From the NCBI GenBank assembly GCA_050250895.1, contig JBFWNU010000005.1, positions 160,001 through 224,000 on the forward strand: DNA of 64,000 nucleotides, in the 5' to 3' direction. Below, one piece after another: positions 9,261 through 17,197 of the stretch. Both the position numbers and the translations under genes were made by a program. The stretch's first letter is position 1. Every line of letters starts with the position of its first letter. Under the pieces are notes generated by a model. It did no database searches. It saw nothing but the letters and a program-made list of their open reading frames with translations, and was not told the origin of the DNA. This stretch comes from Vulcanimicrobiota bacterium. Its GTDB lineage: Bacteria > Vulcanimicrobiota > Xenobia > Xenobiales > JADMJV01.

Positions 9261-9704
9261 TCAAGGCCGCTCGATGAGGCCCTGGACAGCTGTGTACTGC
9301 GGGTAGTTGGCGGTGGTGATGCTGGCATCCACGTGGTTGAAGCCATAGCAATACATTGTGTAGGCGTCCGGCAGCGAGTGGGAACGGTAGGTCAAGGTGT
9401 AGGTCTCGATGCCGGCTTTGGGACAGGTGGGGACGGTTTTGAGGTAGTTCGGCGTGATGAGAAGGAAGCTGTTGGTGGTCGGGTAGCGGCCAGACCAGTC
9501 GGTGGAATACATCTCCAGAGCCGTGCCCATGTTCTTCAAGTTGGACTTGCAGGAGGTGAGGTTGCCCTGGCGATGATGGCACCGTGCACGTGTTCCAACC
9601 ATGAGAGCCAGCCCGCAGCCGACCAGTCCCAGGACTATCACGATCCAGGTATCGTCATGTTTATCCATCACGAGGGTTACGAGGCGGGGGTCCCGCCGGT
9701 TCAA
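9261..9704 (-). CDS. Pilin/GspG-like paralog 6
   Basis: TM, then CKSNLKNMGTALEMYSTDWSGRYP...YPQYTAVQGLIERP; start uncertain. Confidence 0.85.
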   Translation of the reverse strand: MNRRDPRLVTLVMDKHDDTWIVIVLGLVGCGLALMVGTRARCHHRQGNLTSCKSNLKNMGTALEMYSTDWSGRYPTTNSFLLITPNYLKTVPTCPKAGIETYTLTYRSHSLPDAYTMYCYGFNHVDASITTANYPQYTAVQGLIERP

Positions 9705-9716
9705 GGCCGACTCGAG

Positions 9717-10541
9717 CTAGGGGAGGGTCAGTTCGGGGTGACGATTGACGTCTTTGTAGAGGAGATAGCGAAAGGGCTCGTCGCTGGTGGCCATGCAGGC
9801 CTGGGGGCACCAGGCTCGCAGCCACATGAAGTCGCCCGGGCCGACGCTCACCCAGTCGCGGTTGAGCAGGTAGCGGGCCGTGCCCTGCAAGACGTACAGA
9901 CCGTGCTCCATGATGTGGGTCTCGGCGAACGGGATGCGGCCCCCGGGGCGGAAGGTCACGATGTTGGCGTGCATGTCGTGGCGGATATCGGTGGGGTCGA
10001 CGAAGCGGGTGGTGCCCCAGGCCTCGGTGCCGGGCATATACTCGATGAGCTCGGGCCGGTCGTGGTCGATGACCACTTCGGGAGCGGAGAGCCCGGGGGC
10101 GGCGACCCAGCGTTTGCGGATCCAGTGAAAGCGTAGGGGGCCGTCGCCGCTGCTCTGGACGGTCCAGGTGTGGCCGGGGGGAAGATAGGCGTAGCCGCCG
10201 GCCCCCAGGGTGTGCACCTGACCATCGACGGTCAGCTTCATCTCGCCGCTGGCCACCAAAAGGGCCGCCTGGGCACCGGGGTCAGGCTCGGGGTGCTCGG
10301 AGCCTCCGCCCGGCTCGACCTCGACGGCATACTGGGCGAAGGTCTCGGCAAAGCCAGACAGCGGGCGGGCCAGGATCCAGGCGCGGGTGCGCTGCCAGCC
10401 GGGCAACAGGCTGGTCACGATGTCGCGCATCACCGAGGCCGGGATGAAGGCGTAGGCGGTGGTGAACACCGCGCCTGATTCAGACGGGTCCTCGCGCTGG
10501 GGGGGCAGGCCTCCGGGCGGGAAGGCGTAGGTGAACTTCAT
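9717..10541 (-). CDS. allE: (S)-ureidoglycine aminohydrolase (bicupin, YlbA/AllE)
   Basis: RDIVTSLLP, ARPLSGFAETF, IPFAETHIMEHGLY, MWLRAWCPQAC and FRYLLYKDVNR. Confidence 0.9.
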   Translation of the reverse strand: MKFTYAFPPGGLPPQREDPSESGAVFTTAYAFIPASVMRDIVTSLLPGWQRTRAWILARPLSGFAETFAQYAVEVEPGGGSEHPEPDPGAQAALLVASGEMKLTVDGQVHTLGAGGYAYLPPGHTWTVQSSGDGPLRFHWIRKRWVAAPGLSAPEVVIDHDRPELIEYMPGTEAWGTTRFVDPTDIRHDMHANIVTFRPGGRIPFAETHIMEHGLYVLQGTARYLLNRDWVSVGPGDFMWLRAWCPQACMATSDEPFRYLLYKDVNRHPELTLP

Positions 10542-10575
10542 AGCCAGGCATTTTCCAGCCCCGCCCTAATGCCTT

Positions 10576-11646
10576 CTAGACCTGGCGGGCGCGGTCGCGC
10601 TGGGCCTGAAGGTCGGGAAAGAACATCTCGCCCACGATGGGGTCGTCCTGGTGGCTGATGCGCCATAGAGCTACCAGGCGGGGCGGGCGGGCGTCCATCT
10701 TGTTGAGCTCTTCCAACCAGGCCGGGCTATCGCGGAAGGTATGGCGCCATTTCGCCACGCTGGCCTGGTAGACGGGGTCGCCGGTCTCGACTTTGACCAG
10801 CAGGCCCTTGTCGGCCAGCGACTCGATGATGGGAAGGTTGGGGTTGTCGGCGGTCAGATCGAGAAAGGACATGTCGACCTCGTCCGGATCGTTGTCGATG
10901 ATGCGCCAGACCATTTTCTGTTCGGCCCGAGACAGGCCGGGATAAGCCTCGGCCAGCGGCAAGCGAGCTTCGTGCTTGGGCTTGGCGGGCATGGCCAGCA
11001 TGACTTTCTGGTCCTGGGAATCGAGGCTGGCTGGCACGCGTTGGCGCAGTTCGGCCGCCCAGGCGGGGTCGGCCAGCAGTTGGCCTCGTCCGTCGGCGCC
11101 GTGCAAAGAGCGGGACAGCAGCTTGGTCATTAGTTGTTCCCACTTCGGCCTGGGATTATCACCGATGGGGGTGGGGTCGAGTTCGTCGAGACCGAAGACA
11201 GCTTGTTGAGCTTGAATGCCTTGCAGGTCGACCAGGGGCTCCTTGGCCAGGGCCTGCTGGAAGCTTGCGAAGAAACGTTCTTTGTCCTGCCCGTCGGCGA
11301 TGATGATGTGGAGGAAGTCTACGTCGGATTTGGGCAGGGCCAGACCGCGCCCGACCGAGCAGTAGGGGTCATAGCCGGCATAGAGCACCGGAATGCCGGT
11401 TTCTTTTGCGGCGGCTTTAAGACTGTCGCGGACATGGTCGAGCATGCGATGACTCACCAACTGCAGGTCGGGAAAGCCGGTGGCCGCTTCCTGGCGAGCC
11501 AGTTCGGGGTCTTTGGGCGCTACCAGCCCGGGCGGAATGAGCCCCGGCTCTTCGGGTGAACACGGCGTGAACCGGTCGCCGGGCGCGGTGGCCGAGGCGG
11601 TTCGGAGCCGGGCGACCGGTGGCGATTGAGCCGGACGGATGACCAT
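10576..11646 (-). CDS. Hypothetical protein with a Pol-beta nucleotidyltransferase-like motif and an N-terminal leader
   Basis: YCSVGRGLALPKSDVD resembles hG[GS]-x9-13-DxD; Pro/Ala-rich N-terminus. Confidence 0.6.
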   Translation of the reverse strand: MVIRPAQSPPVARLRTASATAPGDRFTPCSPEEPGLIPPGLVAPKDPELARQEAATGFPDLQLVSHRMLDHVRDSLKAAAKETGIPVLYAGYDPYCSVGRGLALPKSDVDFLHIIIADGQDKERFFASFQQALAKEPLVDLQGIQAQQAVFGLDELDPTPIGDNPRPKWEQLMTKLLSRSLHGADGRGQLLADPAWAAELRQRVPASLDSQDQKVMLAMPAKPKHEARLPLAEAYPGLSRAEQKMVWRIIDNDPDEVDMSFLDLTADNPNLPIIESLADKGLLVKVETGDPVYQASVAKWRHTFRDSPAWLEELNKMDARPPRLVALWRISHQDDPIVGEMFFPDLQAQRDRARQV

Positions 11647-11653
11647 GCCTAAG

Positions 11654-11678
11654 AGTCTAAGGCCGGACCGTTAAAGAA
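11654..11678 (-). promoter_or_regulatory. Conserved TYSTTTMA-N11-TANNNT promoter-like motif
   Basis: Minus strand TTCTTTAA-N11-TAGACT-N7-ATG(11646). Confidence 0.65.
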
Positions 11679-12280
11679 ACCTCATTCAACCATTCGGCCA
11701 GCAGCTGGGCGGTCGCATCCTGGTGATAGAACTCGGCCTGCTGGCGGGGCGTGCGGCGATGACCGTTGAGGGCGTTGGGCTGGGCTCCGTGAGCGAGCAG
11801 GCAGCGCACCGTCTCGAGGTGGCCCTGGGCTGCGGCCAGGTGGAGTGGAGTCTGGCTGTCGTGAGAGTGAAGCCACTCCAGCTCCTCTTTGCCTGGGCCG
11901 TGGGGGTCGATGACGGGTGGGTTGACCGGGGCGCCAGCCGCGATGAGCAGCTCGACGATCTCGGTTTGGCCGGCCTCGGCGGCGGTGCGAATCAAGTCGG
12001 GGCGAAGAGGCGAGGCACCCTGTTCGAGCAGCAGGCGCACAAAGCGGGGACGGCCTTCGTCGACGGCCAGGGCGAGAAGCGGTTCTGAGCACACCCTGCG
12101 GCCGGCGAAGGTGTCCTGGAGCTGGCGAAATCGAGCCAGCTCGTCGGCCTCGATGGTTTGTTCCATTTGGGCCAGAGTCTCGAGCTTCATCCGCGTGATG
12201 CGCTCCCCGATGCTGTTATAGCCGACTGCAGCCAGCAGCAGCAAGGCGATCAAGAGCAGGCATTTTTCTTGGCTTGTCAT
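11657..12280 (-). CDS. Ankyrin-repeat protein with N-terminal TM
   Basis: TPLHLAAAQGHLETVRCLLAHGA and related repeats; TATGCT-N6-ATG(12280). Confidence 0.85.
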   Translation of the reverse strand: MTSQEKCLLLIALLLLAAVGYNSIGERITRMKLETLAQMEQTIEADELARFRQLQDTFAGRRVCSEPLLALAVDEGRPRFVRLLLEQGASPLRPDLIRTAAEAGQTEIVELLIAAGAPVNPPVIDPHGPGKEELEWLHSHDSQTPLHLAAAQGHLETVRCLLAHGAQPNALNGHRRTPRQQAEFYHQDATAQLLAEWLNEVSLTVRP

Positions 12281-12394
12281 TCTGCCAGCATAGCCGAAGG
12301 CGAGTCGATTCTGCGGTGAACTGGCTAACGCGCGTTCGGTGACGGGGATCACCATTAAAGGGACTTACCCTAGCCGGCGCAAAGCTAGCGCGGC

Positions 12395-14713
12395 GTGGAC
12401 ATCGAGGCTATGGCCAGAGAGGTGGGGGGGCCGGTTTACCCGGTCATTCGGCAGCAGCCGGATCCGATGGCCTACCTCCGGCGCCACTACCCGGCGGCCC
12501 CTCGCGAGGATGCGGCCAACGGCTACGAACAGTGGCTCTTCGCCCAGATGTTGGCGGCTCGCCGGCCCCGGTTCACGCATCCGCCCCGGCGGCTGGGGCA
12601 TCGCCTGGTCTTGATTCTCAGCGCTCCTCGCTCGGGGTCGACGTTGCTGCGCAACGCCCTGTCGTTTGCCCCCGAAGTGCGGGCCATTCCCGAGTATGGT
12701 CTGCTGGCCTACGAGTCGAACGACCAGCTGGGCCTGCTTGGGGGACTGGGGATGCCAGTCGAGGACCCTGGTCGACTCTACGGCGGCAGCGTGCTGGAGA
12801 AGTCGACCAGCTACGCCCTCTGGCCGTCCCTGCTAGAGCGTTTAGCCGGCCACTTCGAGCGGCTCGAGTTGGTGCACCTGGTGCGAGACATCAGAGCCGT
12901 GCGCCGCTCTTTTGCCCGGGCCCGGCTGGACCGCGTCTTCTTTGGCGGGCGGCATCCCTTTGCTCCCGAGGTGCTGGGCGAGTTGGTGTGGCAAACGGTG
13001 GAACAGAATCTCAGCGAGTTCGAGCCCGTCCGCTTTGAAGAGCTGGTGGCTCGGCCCGAGCAGAGCTTACGCGAGTTGTGCCGGCGGCTTGGCCTGACCT
13101 TCCAGGAGCAGATGCTGGCCCCCTGGGACGTGCCCAGGGCTGGGCTCGACGACCCTTTTCATGGTGAGCATCGTCACTGGAAAGTGGCTGCTCCCGTGGT
13201 CGAGGCCAGCCGGCGGTTGCCCTGTCTCCACCAACTCGTGCGGGGCCAGGACGAGGCTCCAGCCGTGGCCGTCGGCCCACGGTCTTACACCTACGCCCAT
13301 CTGCGCCAGCGGGTCGAGGAAGTGGCCGGCTTTCTGTCAGGGCGCTGTCGGCCCGGGTCTCGGGTGGGTCTGACCATGGCACCGGGCTTCGAGGGACTGG
13401 CCTGTATGCTTGCCATCATGCGCGTCGGCGCCATCTACGTCCCCCTGCCCCCTCAGCTTCCCCCCGCCCGCCGGGCTCAAGTCGAGCGTCACATCGAGCT
13501 GTTAGTCGACCAGCCGCCGCCGGCCGGACCCGACCCGGGACTCCCCTGGGACGACCCCACCAGCCCAGCCTACGTTCTGTTCACCTCCGGCTCTACTGGG
13601 GTTCCCAAAGGCGTGGTAGTAGCCCATCAGGGAGTAAGCAATGTGGTGCTGCAACAGATCGCCCTGTTTGAAGTCGAGCCTCACAGTCGGGTGCTGCAGG
13701 GGGCGCCCTGGACCTTCGACACTTCCATCGTGCAGATGTTCATGGCTCTGGGAGCAGGGGCCACCCTGGTTTTCCCAGAGCATCCCCTGGAGTTGGCCGA
13801 GGCTGCCCGGGGCGTGACCCATTTGGACCTGGTCCCCTCGCTGCTGGCCACCTTGCCTGATGAGCTCGAGGCACGCGTCATCAGCACCGGAGGCGAGCCA
13901 TGCCCCCGAGGGCTGGTCCAACGACTGGCCACCGGCCGCCGTTTCTTCCATTGCTATGGCCTGACCGAGACTTCCATCTGCTCGACCCTGCGCGAGTGCT
14001 TTGCCGACGAGGCTGACGACCCGCCCATCGGTCGTGCTCTCGAGGGCGTCCATGTCTATCTGCTGGAAGACGGGCAACCGGTCCCTTTCGGAGCCGAAGG
14101 CGAGCTGTACATCGGGGGAGTTGGAGTGGGGCTGGGGTATCTCGATGGCGGCGACCGGTTCCTTCCCGATCCCTTCCGCCCGGGCAAGATGTTTCGCACC
14201 GGAGACCGGGCGCGTTACAACGCTGATGGAGAGCTGGTCTTTCTGGGCCGAGTCGACCGCCAGCTCAAGCTGGGCGGGGTCCGCCTCGAGCCCGGTGAGG
14301 TCGAGAGCCTGTTGCGCACTCATCCCCGGATCGAGCAGGCCACCGCCAAGTGTTTCGAAGGGAGCCTGGTGGTGAGCTACCAGGGTACCCTCGAGCCCGC
14401 TTTGGCCACTGAATATCTGCGCCAGCACCTCCCCTCGGAGGCCATGCCCACTCGCCTCGAGCGGCTCGAGTGCGAGACCGCGGCAGCCACCCCGCGCGGA
14501 CTGGCCGCTCGGGTGGCCGGATTGTGGGCCGGCACGGTGGGGGCCTCGCACTGGCCAACCGCTCGGCGCTTCTGGGAGAGGGGAGGTACTTCCCTCGACT
14601 TGATGCGGTTTCGCGCCCGCCTCGAGCAAGAGTTGGGGGGCTCGGTGGCCATGGCCGACCTGTTTGCCCATCCCACTCCGGCGCAGCTGGCAGCCCACCT
14701 GGAGAAGCGATGA
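12395..14713 (+). CDS. Sulfotransferase-adenylation-PCP NRPS-like starter protein
   Basis: PAPS loop SAPRSGSTLL, LEKS and HLVRD; A-domain YVLFTSGSTGVPKG, YGLTE and FRTGD; PCP GGTSL. Confidence 0.85.
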   Translation: MDIEAMAREVGGPVYPVIRQQPDPMAYLRRHYPAAPREDAANGYEQWLFAQMLAARRPRFTHPPRRLGHRLVLILSAPRSGSTLLRNALSFAPEVRAIPEYGLLAYESNDQLGLLGGLGMPVEDPGRLYGGSVLEKSTSYALWPSLLERLAGHFERLELVHLVRDIRAVRRSFARARLDRVFFGGRHPFAPEVLGELVWQTVEQNLSEFEPVRFEELVARPEQSLRELCRRLGLTFQEQMLAPWDVPRAGLDDPFHGEHRHWKVAAPVVEASRRLPCLHQLVRGQDEAPAVAVGPRSYTYAHLRQRVEEVAGFLSGRCRPGSRVGLTMAPGFEGLACMLAIMRVGAIYVPLPPQLPPARRAQVERHIELLVDQPPPAGPDPGLPWDDPTSPAYVLFTSGSTGVPKGVVVAHQGVSNVVLQQIALFEVEPHSRVLQGAPWTFDTSIVQMFMALGAGATLVFPEHPLELAEAARGVTHLDLVPSLLATLPDELEARVISTGGEPCPRGLVQRLATGRRFFHCYGLTETSICSTLRECFADEADDPPIGRALEGVHVYLLEDGQPVPFGAEGELYIGGVGVGLGYLDGGDRFLPDPFRPGKMFRTGDRARYNADGELVFLGRVDRQLKLGGVRLEPGEVESLLRTHPRIEQATAKCFEGSLVVSYQGTLEPALATEYLRQHLPSEAMPTRLERLECETAAATPRGLAARVAGLWAGTVGASHWPTARRFWERGGTSLDLMRFRARLEQELGGSVAMADLFAHPTPAQLAAHLEKR

Positions 14714-15534
14714 AACGAACCAGGCGCAGTCTCATGTGTTCTCCCGATCACTTCCAGGTGAGCTACTCTATCAACGACTGGATGGATCCGACCCGAGCCG
14801 TCGACCAGGAGCTGGCCCAGAGCCAGTGGCAGTCGCTCAAAACGCGGCTCGAAGAGTTGGGCCAGCAGGTGATGGTGGTCCCGGGCCAGGCCGGCTGGCC
14901 CGACATGGTTTTCGCGGCCGACTGCGGGTTGGCCCTGGGCGGCACCTTTTGGGTCAGCAACTTTCGCCATCCCGAGCGGGCCGGTGAGGCCGACCACTAC
15001 CGGAGGTGGTTCGAGTCCAACGGTCTTCAGGTGAGACAGGTGCCGGCCGGGATCACCTTCGAGGGTCTGGGCGACGTGATCGTGTGCGAGCGCGGTCTGG
15101 TGGTGGGCCTGGGGCCCCGCTCGTGTCCCGAATTGGCGGGCTGGTTACAGGACCAGGGTCTGCCCGTTTTGGCCCGCGTCGAGCTAGCCCAGGAGCGATT
15201 TTATCACACCGCTAATGTCCTGGCTTGTCTGGACGGGTCCACGCTGATCTATTATCCCGACGCCTTCACTGCCGCCAGTCGCCAGGCGCTGTCCTTGGTC
15301 TTCGATCAGTTGGTGGAATGCACTCAGAGCGACGCGGTCGACCACTTCGCTTGCAACTGCATGACGGTCGCCCAGACAGTGCTGATGGGAGAGTGCTCTC
15401 CACCGCTGCGGGCCCAGCTAGCGCGGTTGGGGTGGAGGGTCGAGAGCCTGATTTTATCGGAATTCAAAAAGAGTGGGGCAGGAGTTCGGTGCCTGGTGTT
15501 GGATTTTTGGCAGCATGATCTGCCTGGGGGTTAA
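14710..15534 (+). CDS. Amidinotransferase/dimethylarginine dimethylaminohydrolase (penteine) family protein
   Basis: MCSPDHF..Y.IN.WM, PDMVFAAD, R.GE, FEG.GD, FYH and EF.K.G....CL; ATGA overlap with the upstream gene. Confidence 0.85.
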   Translation: MKRTRRSLMCSPDHFQVSYSINDWMDPTRAVDQELAQSQWQSLKTRLEELGQQVMVVPGQAGWPDMVFAADCGLALGGTFWVSNFRHPERAGEADHYRRWFESNGLQVRQVPAGITFEGLGDVIVCERGLVVGLGPRSCPELAGWLQDQGLPVLARVELAQERFYHTANVLACLDGSTLIYYPDAFTAASRQALSLVFDQLVECTQSDAVDHFACNCMTVAQTVLMGECSPPLRAQLARLGWRVESLILSEFKKSGAGVRCLVLDFWQHDLPGG

Positions 15535-17197
15535 CTCGGTCTACCACGAGTCGTCTGCTTGTATCGTGGTCGACGGTGAGGTGGTAGCGGCCGTTGAAGA
15601 AGAGCGGTTCTGCCGTGTCAAGCACGGCAAGGTGGCTCGTGTCGATAATCCCCAGACCCTCCCTCTGGCTGCCATCGATTACTGTCTGCGGCAAGCCGGA
15701 GTGCGGCCACAGCAGGTCGAGCACATCGGTTACTCTTTCGACCCGGCCCGGCGGGTTGCTCCACCGCCAGAAGAGGTCGAGCCCGAGAGCTGGGGGTCGT
15801 CGATAGGCGAGGACACCTTCCGGCGTGGCCTGAGCGAGGTGCCAAAACTGTTGTCGGCTATAGGTCTGACCGGGTCGCTTCACTGGCTGGGCCATCACCT
15901 TTGCCACGCCGCCTCGGCTTTCTACGCTTCGCCCTTTGAAGAGGCGGCGGTGATGACCGTCGATGGCATCGGCGAGAATGACAGCTCGAGCATGGCGGTG
16001 GGACGAGGAACCGATCTGACCGTGCTCGAGCGGGTGGCCTATCCGCATTCGCTGGGTTTTCTGTGGGAGAAGCTGTCTGGCTTTCTCGGCTTTTCGTGTT
16101 ACGACGCTGGCAAGGTCATGGGGTTGGCTCCCTATGGTCGGGCCGAGCGCTTCGCCGTCGAACTGGCCAGCCTGGTCTGGCCCACTCAGGCGGGAGGCTT
16201 CCAGGTCGACCATCGTCGGCTGAAGTTTCGTAGCTCGGATTTTTCGCCTCTCGAGGAGCTCTTTGGTCTGCCTCGGCGAGGCCCAGAGCAACCCGTCCTG
16301 GAGGCTCATCAGGACCTGGCCGCGTCCCTCCAGGCCGCCACCGACAGAATTGTCCTGCATCGTACTCACGAGCTTTATCACCGAACTTCGCTGTCGTGTC
16401 TGGCCATGGCAGGAGGGGTGGCTCTCAACTGCATCAGCAACCGGGTGGCCTTCGAAGAGGGACCGTTTCAGGAGTTTTTCGTTCAGCCCGCTGCCCACGA
16501 TGCCGGGACGGCCCTGGGGGCTGCCCTCTACCTGGCGGCCCGCACCAGCGGAAAGCGGCCGCTTCCTTTGCTGGATCCCTATCTGGGCCCCCAGTTCTCG
16601 GCTGCCGAGATGGAGGAAATGCTGCGCGCTCAGGGTCTGGTGTTTTCCCGTCCCCGTGACCTGACCGGCGAGGTGGCCCGGCGGCTGGCCCAGGGCAAGC
16701 TGGTGGGCTGGTTTCAGGGTCGCATGGAACTGGGCCCCAGAGCTCTAGGCAACCGCAGCTTGCTGGCCGATCCACGCTGCCCGGCCGTGCGCGAGACGCT
16801 CAATGCTCGCATCAAGAATCGCGAAGCCTTCCGTCCCTTTGCCCCCAGTGTGCTCCAGGAGCGGCTGGGGGAGTGGTTCGAGGTCAAGAAGCCCACCTCA
16901 GCAGCCGAATCCATGCTGGTCTGCTATCCGGTCAAGCCCGAGCGACGCGATCAGATCCCGGCCGTGGTCCATGTCGATGGCAGCAGTCGCGTGCAGGCGG
17001 TGTCGGCTCGCTCCAATCCCCTCTTCCATGAACTGCTACAGAAGTTCGAGGATTTTACGGGCGTGCCCATGCTGCTCAACACCTCGTTCAACGACCGCGA
17101 GCCCATCGTGTGCACGCCGCTCGATGCCTACCTGGCTTACCAGCGAATGGGCCTGGACGCGCTGGCCATGGGGCCCTACCTGGTGGAGGCCCCGTGA
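15515..17197 (+). CDS. Carbamoyltransferase (NodU/CmcH/TobZ family)
   Basis: EEERF.R.KH, HHLCHAAS, DGIGE, GGVALN, ELGPRALGNRS and LLNTSFN. Confidence 0.95.
   Translation: MICLGVNSVYHESSACIVVDGEVVAAVEEERFCRVKHGKVARVDNPQTLPLAAIDYCLRQAGVRPQQVEHIGYSFDPARRVAPPPEEVEPESWGSSIGEDTFRRGLSEVPKLLSAIGLTGSLHWLGHHLCHAASAFYASPFEEAAVMTVDGIGENDSSSMAVGRGTDLTVLERVAYPHSLGFLWEKLSGFLGFSCYDAGKVMGLAPYGRAERFAVELASLVWPTQAGGFQVDHRRLKFRSSDFSPLEELFGLPRRGPEQPVLEAHQDLAASLQAATDRIVLHRTHELYHRTSLSCLAMAGGVALNCISNRVAFEEGPFQEFFVQPAAHDAGTALGAALYLAARTSGKRPLPLLDPYLGPQFSAAEMEEMLRAQGLVFSRPRDLTGEVARRLAQGKLVGWFQGRMELGPRALGNRSLLADPRCPAVRETLNARIKNREAFRPFAPSVLQERLGEWFEVKKPTSAAESMLVCYPVKPERRDQIPAVVHVDGSSRVQAVSARSNPLFHELLQKFEDFTGVPMLLNTSFNDREPIVCTPLDAYLAYQRMGLDALAMGPYLVEAP

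Noticed and set aside
1570-9704. Diversity-generating retroelement or shufflon explaining the pilin paralogs
   Set aside because: No reverse transcriptase, recombinase, adenine-specific TR/VR pair or inversion sites seen in the window
12395-17197. Saxitoxin or cylindrospermopsin cluster
   Set aside because: The amidino-enzyme is DDAH/ArgZ-like rather than SxtG/CyrA-like, there is no SxtA architecture, and the core is a thiazole NRPS/PKS
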